A stretch of DNA of 63,142 nucleotides, the filler included, from Trichomonas gallinae (taxonomy: Eukaryota): the NCBI GenBank assembly GCA_008369845.1. It is 7 parts of 7 records of this genome, joined end to end, with 100 filler letters (N's around TTAATTAATTAA, not from the genome) between each part and the next. Parts side by side here need not be neighbours in the genome. Positions count along the whole stretch, not along the records: positions 1 to 28,339 come from MRSU01000999.1; 6 more parts are not named here. One strand, 5' to 3'. Both the position numbers and the translations under genes were made by a program. The notes beneath the pieces are model-generated. The model made no database searches, was not told the origin of the DNA, and saw only the letters and a list, made by a program, of their open reading frames with translations. Below are positions 9,949 through 19,824 of the stretch, piece by piece. Positions within the stretch are counted from its first letter, which is position 1. Every line of letters begins with the position of its first letter.

Positions 9949-11388
9949 TTATTGACCTAAAATATCTCCGAGAGAGATTCCGCGCGAAGCACATATTCTG
10001 CTGAGGCTATTTTCAAGTGCAGCATCAACATCACCTGGTTCCGTTTGTTCTCCCCACTGCATATAAATCGGTTCGACTCTTTCCGTGACTTCATCGAGCG
10101 GGCATGGGTCGTAAGGGAACCAGACTTGTATCCTATCAATGACAGCGTTGTCAGGATCGTATTCGACAATGCCTAAAGAGCCAAACATTTCTGCTGTGTT
10201 TGGATCAATGGCAGTGAGACCTTCTAGCTCATTGTTGAACAATTCTGAGACCTTCCAGCGCTGCTCGTAGTCGATTTCGAGCGTTTCGAAGCCCTGGTGG
10301 CGCCAGCAGTAAATATAAGCAAAACATTGGAGAGCGTAGTAGAAAACAGAGTGATTCTGGATGCTTCTTGACAGAAGCTGCGGCGAGTTCGATTTGATGT
10401 GATTCAAATAGCATCCTGCGAAATTAGAAACATAATCCAAAATGAAGACAGCGAACTGGTCATCTATGTATTTTGCGCGTGCGACGAGCGTCATTGTGTA
10501 AAAAGCAGCATTTCCGCGTGTTCTCTTGTTGACGTTGTCGTCGAACATCTTTGCGAGCAATAATCCGACGAATGTCTGGCAGTTGTCCGAGTTAAACGAC
10601 GACGCGATGAAGAAGACGTACTGGACTGCAGACGACGACGGCAGATCAAGCAGGTAAATGTCAAACAGCTGCAGAAGCAGAGTGAATAAAGAATGCGGCG
10701 ACGTTTCAATAAAGTCAAGCACAGAAATTATTTGAGGCGTCAGCAGAGCCGCGACGTCCTCATCAATTTCAATAGCACTAGTGCCTTTATTCCCCAATAT
10801 CATTAATTCACAGTCAAGCCCAACGATATGCTGGAACACACGGCTGAGCACTTTGACAGTCACATCATTAGAATGCGTACAAACATGGAGGGTCGACCGT
10901 AAGAAATTAATCTGTTGGTCGCCTTCGAATGTTGTCTGCGGGAAATACTTAGTAATTGAGGATGCTATGAGAGGAACAAAGTTCTGCGAAGCATCCATGA
11001 GAGAATTTACTACATCCGCAAGAAATAATTCTTGCTGCGTTAAGAAATTTCTTACAATTAAGTCAATAATTGGGGCCGCAGAAGAGCCGAACGTAAGAAC
11101 CATATCCCTCAGATGACCTGCCGCTTCTTGCATATTTTCGTTCGGAATTAGGCTAAGAATGCGGGTAATCAGTCCTAAGTTTGGCTGGCTCGGCTCTAGT
11201 GTAGTCACATACTGAAAAAGATTCATTAATTTCCCATGCTCTTGGATTGGGACAATCACATCTTCAAATTTAGAGGCGCCAGAGATGATATTCGGTACCA
11301 GTTCATCCCACTTTTCGTTATAAACCGCGGATCCAAATTTCTCCTGCTTCTGCTTCGTCAAAAGACGCTGCAAAACAGAGCCTTTCAT
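9949..11388 (-). CDS. RRN3: RNA polymerase I initiation factor RRN3-like
   Basis: VQYVFF, FYYALQCFAYIYCWRH and WFPYDP match RRN3-family motifs (FYxxxQAxxYIFCFR, FPFDP). Confidence 0.8.
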   Translation of the reverse strand: MKGSVLQRLLTKQKQEKFGSAVYNEKWDELVPNIISGASKFEDVIVPIQEHGKLMNLFQYVTTLEPSQPNLGLITRILSLIPNENMQEAAGHLRDMVLTFGSSAAPIIDLIVRNFLTQQELFLADVVNSLMDASQNFVPLIASSITKYFPQTTFEGDQQINFLRSTLHVCTHSNDVTVKVLSRVFQHIVGLDCELMILGNKGTSAIEIDEDVAALLTPQIISVLDFIETSPHSLFTLLLQLFDIYLLDLPSSSAVQYVFFIASSFNSDNCQTFVGLLLAKMFDDNVNKRTRGNAAFYTMTLVARAKYIDDQFAVFILDYVSNFAGCYLNHIKSNSPQLLSRSIQNHSVFYYALQCFAYIYCWRHQGFETLEIDYEQRWKVSELFNNELEGLTAIDPNTAEMFGSLGIVEYDPDNAVIDRIQVWFPYDPCPLDEVTERVEPIYMQWGEQTEPGDVDAALENSLSRICASRGISLGDILGQ

Positions 11389-11479
11389 CCACCTTTGGTT
11401 TTTAAAATGTAAACCATTCAATCAAATTCTTGTCACATTTTTAATGACCTTGTTTGACATTTTGACAGTTTACAACTCA

Positions 11480-11960
11480 GATATCTTTCAATTTGGACAC
11501 TCTTTATATGTCTTTGAAGACAACCCATCAACAGTTGATTTATTAAAATATCTCACTATTCTTCGGTATGTCATAGCCCATGCTGTTTATGTAGAGGTTT
11601 CTTGCCCAGATATCCCACTCCTTTTTGGTATTAGGTTATCTTCTGTGACACTGTTGTCTGTATTACCGCTCTTTGTTTCTTGAGTGTGCCAAACTCTTCC
11701 TCCACCTTTTTGACTCTCTTACTCAACTTGCCTGCTGTTTCAGCGATCTTCTTATGTGAGATATGAGTTTCGAAAGTTCTGCCTCGAGTTCTAATGATTC
11801 CTGATGGATTGGCTTCTCCATTATCTGTTGTGACATAGAGACATCACAACACGAGTCTCTGATCTGTCGGCTCGAGTTTCGACTCAAAAATCGCTTTTTC
11901 CTGAAGAGACTTCTTCAAGTCTGTCTTAAGCTGTTCGACTTCTGTGGTTGACGTGGCTTA
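11480..11960 (-). pseudogene. Decayed coiled-coil gene fragment
   Basis: Coding-like GC island; minus-strand pieces ATSTTEVEQLKTDLKKSLQEKAIFESKLE.. and HKKIAETAGKLSKRVKKVEEEFGTLKKQR.. are interrupted by stops. Confidence 0.45.
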
Positions 11961-12275
11961 GATAATATAATCACTATATATAGTTCATTGAACAAATAAA
12001 CTGATATTCATAGCAAAATAAAGCCAATGAATTGAAAATCTCATATTTTTTGACAACAATTGTCTAAAATGCTTTATATATCATTCTTATCATATGAGTA
12101 TTCTATTTTCCATAATTTTAATCTTAGAAATGATAAATCATCCAAATAATAAGTGATAAACGAAAAACAAATAAAGCCACTGTTATTTGTACATGCTTGG
12201 GCCTATAATACAAATGTGAGAATTAACAAAAAAATTACGAAATCACTCATTTCACATCACATTTCAGTCCGAACA

Positions 12276-13229
12276 ATGAGCGATTTGATTCTCGGCATCC
12301 CTGCAGTCGAATTCATCATACAGCAGGAGAAAAGAATCAACGGATTCCAAAAACAGATAGAACGTGTAGCATCGAAGCAATCCATTCACTATCTTTCGCA
12401 AATGCAAAAAGCATTAACAGAATTTAAAGGAAATCCTGAAATTTGCAAAGAGCCAGAGCTCGCTAACATAACAAACGCGCATCTCTGCCGCATTTTGATC
12501 CCTTATTACGCAGGTTTTTACACATTAATGATTCGCGATTTTACAAGAGTCACAAGATTGCTGCCTGGATCGGTCTACTTAGCCGCTTTCTTGCGCGAAC
12601 TTAAGCGCATTTCTATCATACAAGATGATGTACCAACTCGTCATGTTGAAGCTCATCCTGTTCTACTTCAAAAGCTTATTAACTCGGACAAGACATTCCT
12701 AAGGAAGATATTAATCGACTTTTTGATCTCTTGCGGAAAGAATGCGAAAAAGATTCTCAAAGCTACAGGAAAAGAAGTTCTTTTCTGCAGAACAGATCCT
12801 AGAAGACGTGATAAATTACAGAACATCAACGTGGAGGAAGAATCGACAAAAGTTTACGATTATGTTGAACTTCCACCAGATCCAAAGAAACAAGTTGAAG
12901 AAGAAGACGAAGAAGAAGAATTTTATGATGATGACGATGACACAGATGGAGAGGACATGGAGAAGCGCGCAGATTTCATTGCTTGCATCGATTTATTTGA
13001 AAATAATCTCGGTGAAGCTAAAAAGCGTGAAAAAGATGATACAGCACTCAGCTACGTTCCAGAGCAGGTTGTTGATTTCAATGCGCTTCATTCTATGGTT
13101 ATGGATGAATTTTATCAAATCGATCCACAATATAAGCCTTTCTTTGTCGCAAAGATGATACAAGGTATTGCTAAGGCTACACCAGAAGTCTTCAATGATC
13201 TAGTCAGACCTTATCGAAGATTAAATTAA
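12276..13229 (+). CDS. Divergent TAP42/alpha4 (IGBP1)-like protein
   Basis: LANITNAHLCRILIPYYAG..R..YLAAFL resembles TAP42 LEDIxTxDLKYLLVPYYLG..R..FINFL; acidic tract near the C-terminus; several TCA(C/T)T Inr sites upstream. Confidence 0.55.
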   Translation: MSDLILGIPAVEFIIQQEKRINGFQKQIERVASKQSIHYLSQMQKALTEFKGNPEICKEPELANITNAHLCRILIPYYAGFYTLMIRDFTRVTRLLPGSVYLAAFLRELKRISIIQDDVPTRHVEAHPVLLQKLINSDKTFLRKILIDFLISCGKNAKKILKATGKEVLFCRTDPRRRDKLQNINVEEESTKVYDYVELPPDPKKQVEEEDEEEEFYDDDDDTDGEDMEKRADFIACIDLFENNLGEAKKREKDDTALSYVPEQVVDFNALHSMVMDEFYQIDPQYKPFFVAKMIQGIAKATPEVFNDLVRPYRRLN

Positions 13230-13418
13230 ATCACCATGACTTACCAATAAATCACTTACCAGTGCAGTGTATATTTGTTAAACGATATAAACATCTAATA
13301 TTTGTTAAAATTATATTTTTATTATATTTTTCTCGTTTGTTTGATGGCGTGTTATATGTATTTGCAAGTTTTTGCTGCTAAACTATAAAAATTGCAGCCA
13401 AAAACTATTATAATACAT

Positions 13419-14876
13419 ATGATTTCGAAGGAAGTGTTTCCTCGAGTGAAATTGGAGATGAAAGATGCGGTCATTAGCTTCATTCTCCTCGTTTTCACTA
13501 TCGGGATCCACGTTTACAACATTTATTACCCGAATAGAACTGTTTTTGACGAAGTTTATTTTGGGAATTTCTCAAATTACTATTTAAGCAGAAGTTTCTT
13601 CTTCGATATTCATCCGCCATTGGGAAAAATGCTAATGGCGACAGTAGCTTATTACGCTGAGTACGATGGAAAATTAATTTTCGAAAATTGCCCGGAATCT
13701 GGGTATCACGAGGGAGATTACGTGCAGTTAAGACTTACACCAGCCTTATTTTCAAGTTTAACGGGTCCGTTCATTTATCTTTCGATGAGATTTTTAAATT
13801 TTTCTCCTTATGCAGGATTTACGGCAGGATTTCTATATGTATGCGATATCTCGTTTACAGCAGAAGCAAGACATATCTTAAGTGACGGAGTTTTGCTTTT
13901 CTTTTCATTTCTTCACGTCGTAATATTATGTTATACTGTCACTATCCCAATTTCCGACAAATCTTTCTTCAAATGGCACCTCATAAACGGGATCTCTTTA
14001 GGCGCTGCTTGTTCGTGCAAAAACACTGCATGGGGACTAATGGGATTAGATGCAGCAATGTACATTTGTAAGCTTTTCCCAACATTTTCGATAGGAATTC
14101 TTGACTACTTGTTCGATCTTGCATATTACGGCGTTTCACTTTTTGTTATTCAATTTTGCGTCTATTTAACGAGTTTCTTCATTCATTTCACTATACTCAA
14201 ATACGATGGACCAGGTATAGGCTATTTGCCGCAAGATATGCAGGACCAGCTCGTTAAAGGCGGAAATCTCGGATTGAAATCTGTCCTTCTTTCAGGAAGA
14301 AACATTCTAAAGAGGACACTATGGCTTGCAAGGGATATGCATAAAGGAAACATGGGAATTACTCAGTTCCACGACTCAATGTCTTTTCCGCATCACTGGC
14401 CGATCTTAGGGAGCGTCTCAGTCTACTTCTACGGCAGGGATGGAAGAGAAATAAGATGCCTGGGCAACGTGTTCAGCTACTACTTCGCTCTGCTCGGAAT
14501 TATTTTCTGCTTGTTCGCAATCAAAAAGCCTCAGACTGTCGCTTCTCTGATGCTTGCATTCGGGTACAGTTGCTGCTACTTCCCCTTCTACCTCATCCCG
14601 CGCGTCATGTACCTCTACCACTACCTGATTCCGCTCGGGCTCGCGTGCATGGGCTGCGGCGCGACTCTGGACAACTTTTTGCGCGGAAAGTACAAAGGTT
14701 TCGTTGTTGCTGTTATTTGCGGTCTCGCTCTGTTCGGGTTCTGGCTGTGGTCTCCTTACGCTTACGCCTCTAAAATGAGGGACAGAGAGATCTCGATTTG
14801 GAATGATAATTGGATTGATGGAGATCAAGCGCACAGAAAGAGGAGATCTGAGCACTACGCGAAGGAGAAGAAATAA
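13419..14876 (+). CDS. Protein O-mannosyltransferase family (GT39/PMT) glycosyltransferase without MIR domains
   Basis: VFDEVYFG, FFDIHPPLGKML, RHILSD, RVMYLYHYL motifs; multi-TM. Confidence 0.92.
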   Translation: MISKEVFPRVKLEMKDAVISFILLVFTIGIHVYNIYYPNRTVFDEVYFGNFSNYYLSRSFFFDIHPPLGKMLMATVAYYAEYDGKLIFENCPESGYHEGDYVQLRLTPALFSSLTGPFIYLSMRFLNFSPYAGFTAGFLYVCDISFTAEARHILSDGVLLFFSFLHVVILCYTVTIPISDKSFFKWHLINGISLGAACSCKNTAWGLMGLDAAMYICKLFPTFSIGILDYLFDLAYYGVSLFVIQFCVYLTSFFIHFTILKYDGPGIGYLPQDMQDQLVKGGNLGLKSVLLSGRNILKRTLWLARDMHKGNMGITQFHDSMSFPHHWPILGSVSVYFYGRDGREIRCLGNVFSYYFALLGIIFCLFAIKKPQTVASLMLAFGYSCCYFPFYLIPRVMYLYHYLIPLGLACMGCGATLDNFLRGKYKGFVVAVICGLALFGFWLWSPYAYASKMRDREISIWNDNWIDGDQAHRKRRSEHYAKEKK

Positions 14877-15147
14877 TTATTGTTTTATATATATTAATAA
14901 ATGTTATGTTTATATTATTTTTAATACATCATATTTAAGCATCATCAAAACATGCATTATTAAGCAGCTCTTTTTCATGAAATTACAACTAATTTCATTT
15001 GATTAATTATATATAGTGATAATTCACTATTAATGAATTAGTCAGTAATAAATATCTAAATTAGAAAAGTAATATATTAATAGTAAATGCTGATGAATAA
15101 TGATAATAAAATTGATTATAATAAATAACAAAAAATTTAGTAAACAA

Positions 15148-15933
15148 TTATTGCAATCTTGCGATTTCGTTCTGTAATTCGTTGATTTCTCTCCTTTTAT
15201 CTTCCTCTAGTTGCCTCATTTGATCATCTAAGCTTTTTGATTCTGCTTGGGCAGCTTTTACACGAGCTTCTAAGTCATCTATGTTCTTTTGTATGATATT
15301 TACTGCTTCATCTTGCTTCGTTTCCGATAATTCATTTTCTCTGTCATCTAATTTTGCTCTAATCTTTGCATTTCTTAGTTTTTGGTCGGTTATTTGTCTT
15401 TCGAGATCGCGTATTATACGGCTTTGCTTTTTCTCGAGATCTGGATGAAATTGAATTTTTGCTTCGTGTAACTGTCTTGTAACGGCTCTAAGTTCCGACT
15501 CAGTGTTTTTCTTCTCGCCGACAAGGCGAATGAGCTCCATATGAAGCATTAAACACTCTTCTTGTAATTCGTTAATCACAGCGGCCAAGTCTGAAGCATT
15601 GAGCTGTGAGATTTCTGAGCGTTTAGCAGCACTCATTTGTTCTATCTGTCGATATTCTTTTTCAATTACATTCTGATCTGCACTCGATCTAGAGGAATAT
15701 GTATCAGGACGGTTCGTAATATCGATTAGGCGTTTAATTTTAGCCTTAAGGAGGCTCTTTTCTTGAATTAGATTGTGTTTTTCTCGCTTTAAAATGCCAA
15801 TTTCTTCTGCAGTTGGAGCCGTTTCAGGTCTAAACAAGCGTGGAGTTCGCTTTCCTTGAACAGTTACAATAGACTTCCTCGGCGAACGTGGAGTTTTGGG
15901 CAGTCCGCGTGCAGAATATGAATGATATGACAT
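15148..15933 (-). CDS. Hypothetical coiled-coil protein
   Basis: 261-aa ORF; E/K/Q-rich heptads; basic TP/SP-rich N-terminus. Confidence 0.8.
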   Translation of the reverse strand: MSYHSYSARGLPKTPRSPRKSIVTVQGKRTPRLFRPETAPTAEEIGILKREKHNLIQEKSLLKAKIKRLIDITNRPDTYSSRSSADQNVIEKEYRQIEQMSAAKRSEISQLNASDLAAVINELQEECLMLHMELIRLVGEKKNTESELRAVTRQLHEAKIQFHPDLEKKQSRIIRDLERQITDQKLRNAKIRAKLDDRENELSETKQDEAVNIIQKNIDDLEARVKAAQAESKSLDDQMRQLEEDKRREINELQNEIARLQ

Positions 15934-15983
15934 CTTACAAAGTTATAACGATTTTGTTTCTAAGATTTACAAAAATACAAATC

Positions 15984-16125
15984 TGACACGTAAAACTTTA
16001 AAATTGTCATGTAAAATTAATTTCTATCATGTAAAATTTTAATTATCAAAATTGTCATGTAAAATCAATTTATGTTGTGTAAGATCATAATTGTCATGTA
16101 AAATTAATTCCTGTCGTGTAAAATT
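15984..16125. promoter_or_regulatory. Array of about six TGWCRYGTAAA motifs in a divergent promoter
   Basis: tgacacgtaaa, ttgtcatgtaaa three times, tatcatgtaaa and ctgtcgtgtaaa within about 140 bp. Confidence 0.6.
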
Positions 16126-16135
16126 AGTTTAAAGT

Positions 16136-17605
16136 TTGCTATATAAAGATTGTGACGATTCTGAGGATAAGAAACAACAATTACAGCAAATAGAGATAAC
16201 AGAGGACAGAGAAAATGAAAATATTCCGGAAAATCTACAAGATTATACCAAAATATACGAATATTCCATTCAAAATCTTTCAAATCCAGTTATTAATGTT
16301 GTTAATGAGATAGTTTCAACGCATATAACATTAGTATCTAATCAGAAAGCATTCAATCCACAAATTTTATTTGATACTGAAATTTTTCAAAATATATTAA
16401 CATGCAAATGCGATAGAAGTCTTTATTATCAATTTATGCGACTATTAGTATCAACAAATCGTGATAATGCTTTTTTGGCACTAATTCACGGTTTATTTGC
16501 TCAAATAGTCTTATCTGGTGATCTCTCTTCATGCGGCAATGAAGTAAGAGATTTAATACAAGAATATATGAAATATAACTCAGTTGTGATGAATGCAGTA
16601 ATATATTCAAGCGAAATTATTCAATCAATAATAAAAAACTTTGATTCTATTGATGATGAATCCAAACACATTTATGCCAACATTGTAGCAACTATTGTAG
16701 TGAATTCTCCAATCAAAAAGCTATTTGAACCACAAAAAATTCAATTTTTTACAGATAATGAAGCAAGACCATTTCTAATGCTTGAAAACAAGCCATTTAA
16801 TGAGCAGATGTTTATTTATTTCCAAGAACACGGAGTTCCTGTTCTTGAAGCAGATTCATCAGATATTGCTGGATTTTTCCTACAATATATCAGAACACCA
16901 GACTCCCTTCTTGCTTTGCAGCATATTGTATCTGAAAAAGCAATCGAATGGAAATATATCCTATTTAATCAGTCATTCAAAGAAATTTTCTTTGATATTG
17001 AATCTTTGATGAAACAACCTATAGATTATCACAGACTATTAGTTATGCTTCTAGATAACCTGTTTTTTAGACTCGAATACGACATTGACCAAGATTATAC
17101 AACAAATATTATGAATTATTTATTAATACTGATATCACACAGAGAGAATTTCGCCGCTTTCTTCAACATTGCTTCAACAACGATAATAAACCTCATCGTC
17201 GCAACAAGCTACCCAGGCTATCTACAGGAGATGTTCAGCGACGAAATTGTTGATATAATTTGTTCATGGTTTGGTGAATCAAACTACAGCAATAGGAAGT
17301 CCGCTCTATTCTTGTTCCTGCGCGTTGCTGCTGAGTATAAGGTAGAAATCGTTGATGAAAATGCGCTAGAAGCTGTTGTGGATTTTTTGGAATCAGATTT
17401 TCATGATATGAACTCGATTGAAATAATTGTAGATGACTTATCAACTATATTTAGAAAGAATGAAGAGCTTGTTGAGATCTTCCGTGAATTAGGCGGAGCA
17501 GAAAAAATCGAAGAAATTATTTATGATGAAAATGCAAGTGACGAAGTAATCATGTTTTACAATAACTTCTTCGATGACACTGAAATTGTTTTTGATTTAG
17601 GATAG
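16136..17605 (+). CDS. Hypothetical ARM/HEAT-like helical protein; start codon unclear
   Basis: 489 open codons; helical, acidic C-terminus; first in-frame ATG only at about codon 101. Confidence 0.7.
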   Translation: MLYKDCDDSEDKKQQLQQIEITEDRENENIPENLQDYTKIYEYSIQNLSNPVINVVNEIVSTHITLVSNQKAFNPQILFDTEIFQNILTCKCDRSLYYQFMRLLVSTNRDNAFLALIHGLFAQIVLSGDLSSCGNEVRDLIQEYMKYNSVVMNAVIYSSEIIQSIIKNFDSIDDESKHIYANIVATIVVNSPIKKLFEPQKIQFFTDNEARPFLMLENKPFNEQMFIYFQEHGVPVLEADSSDIAGFFLQYIRTPDSLLALQHIVSEKAIEWKYILFNQSFKEIFFDIESLMKQPIDYHRLLVMLLDNLFFRLEYDIDQDYTTNIMNYLLILISHRENFAAFFNIASTTIINLIVATSYPGYLQEMFSDEIVDIICSWFGESNYSNRKSALFLFLRVAAEYKVEIVDENALEAVVDFLESDFHDMNSIEIIVDDLSTIFRKNEELVEIFRELGGAEKIEEIIYDENASDEVIMFYNNFFDDTEIVFDLG

Positions 17606-18299
17606 AATAATTAATTATTTTTAGTTATTTGAAGGATAACTAATATAAATATGATTAACATATGATGCATATTAGAGATTTCTCAATATAATTGTTAATA
17701 AATATTAAGTTTGATTTTCTCAAAAATATTTTTAGTGGAAAATTGTAAAAATTACTGTGCAAAATAGCACCAAATCAGTAAATTTGCATATTGAAACTAA
17801 ATCCACGAAGTGGAAGTTTAATCTAATCAATAAGATTGACAATATGATGACAATGATGCCAAATCTATGTGTAATAGAAATTGATAAGTTTCATGCTCTT
17901 GATAAATGAAAATAATTTCTCTTATAAACGAAATCAAATATATTATCTGCGTATAATCAAGTGGTAAATCGTGATATTGTCTATGCATTGTTGGTATAAA
18001 ATTACTAATGGTCAAGCATGCAGCATCTATGGTGTATATGATGTTTAGCATAGATCACGAACATTTTTACAATTTGCATTTTTTTCTGAGGATAACCGAC
18101 GAATTTTAGCAAGTTTTTAGTAGAAAAACATTGTGAAATACATAGTAGATTCGTTTGGAGAAATTTGTGTGAAAATTTTCGTAAAACCGTAACCGTAAAA
18201 TTTTGTCAAAACTTAAAACTCGAAAATAACACTGTTTATGGTGTGGCAAACAAATATAACATGGACATTTTCCCACTTTTTCTGAACATTGGTTTTATA

Positions 18300-18932
18300 A
18301 TGAAGTGGATAAACTCCAAATTTCTCCTCAACGTCAACCAGGAACTCTCCGCCGCCTGCAGCAATGTTCAACACATATACGGCAAAGTCGAATGTTTCCA
18401 ATTTCCTTCAAGTTCGTTAATCTCAGATGATGAAACGGATCGAAGTAGTCGAACGCGAAGTCGAGGCGAAAGCCCGCTTCGAATACGTGCCACACCGAAT
18501 AAGAATCAGTTCGCAGCTATGAAGGAGGCTTTTGAAAATTCCTTCCCGGACTATGAGTTTTCTACTCTCTTACCGGAGCATTTTCAGAGAATAATGACAC
18601 CGGAACAGGCTAGATCAACGATCTCCTGGAACGTTTCGTCATATTTGCCGGATAACGAAGCGTTAGCAACGCATCTTTGGAATGCCATCGAGAATGACAT
18701 TTCCCCGGCTTTCTGCGATATATTTGCCTACGAACCAACGTGCTCTGATGTTTTTACAGAAAATGGCGCGTTGTGGAGTAAGGTTTTTTTGTTTGTAAAC
18801 GACAAGGCCCGCAAAGTTCTCCTCTTCCACATCCGTGAAGGTGCCGAAGGCTTCGAAAGCGAAGACGAAGATGAATCATTAGGATATGCCACAGGTCTTG
18901 TCGATAATTATTATTCCTATGGTGTTTTTTAA
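18300..18932 (+). CDS. MAF1: RNA polymerase III repressor MAF1
   Basis: MKWIN..IYGKVECF (box A), SFPDYEFS (box B), LWNAI..CDIFAY..GALWS..LFVN (box C), acidic tail. Confidence 0.88.
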   Translation: MKWINSKFLLNVNQELSAACSNVQHIYGKVECFQFPSSSLISDDETDRSSRTRSRGESPLRIRATPNKNQFAAMKEAFENSFPDYEFSTLLPEHFQRIMTPEQARSTISWNVSSYLPDNEALATHLWNAIENDISPAFCDIFAYEPTCSDVFTENGALWSKVFLFVNDKARKVLLFHIREGAEGFESEDEDESLGYATGLVDNYYSYGVF

Positions 18933-19824
18933 AGATCTTTCTTTTATTTATTTCGTGTTTTTTGTTAATTTTTACGGTGAAATAATATTTGCATTATTGA
19001 AATCGTGGTTTATGTTGATTTTTATACGTGATAATGATTTATTGTTGTTTAAATTTCATGGTCTGTGTATTGTGGTCATATCTTTTTAGTTTCGATATTG
19101 ATGAAGTGATATTTTGGACTTTCGATGAAAATAGTCTTGCCATCATACTACCATTTGGTCAAATAGCAAGAATATGTCCGACTTCTGATAGTTTTACACT
19201 TTAAAATCAGTCTGGTCGGAACAATTCATAAAAAGTGATTTCACAAAAAAATTATTTATTGGCCGGATCTATCGTCGCGATATTTGGCCGAGTTTCTCTC
19301 TTTTAAGATATAGCTTATAATGGGTATATGCAATTTAAATACAAAAGATCTGCCGTGTCTTGGAAAATATATATCGTTGACTAATGATTTTGGACCGAAT
19401 CTCTTAATATATAATAGTTTTATACCGTAGGCATATTATGTAGCTAATGAGAGTATGGAAAAATAAGGAATTTAGAAGGAAAAAAACTCGAGAAATTGAA
19501 TAGTTTACATTCTATTATTTGAATAATTTACATGTCAAAATTTATTCAATAATCCGCAGAAATTCGTTTTTTATATTACTTAAAAGTAATTAATCCAAAA
19601 TTTTATATTAAATTTTATTGGTAATTGTTTATTCATTTTGATTTTTTATTACTCTTGATAACTCTATATTATTGCAAAATTTCATTATAATTTGCGATAA
19701 AAATGAGTTTTCAAACATTCAAAAATAATTGAAAAATTATTATTGAAATATTAATGATATCGAATTATAAAAAGGAGTAATTATAAAAAACCATTTAAAA
19801 ATTATACAATAAAAATAAAGTTAA

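Noticed and set aside
11444..11683. 79-aa plus-strand ORF
   Set aside because: More simply explained as the antisense of the decayed minus-strand fragment
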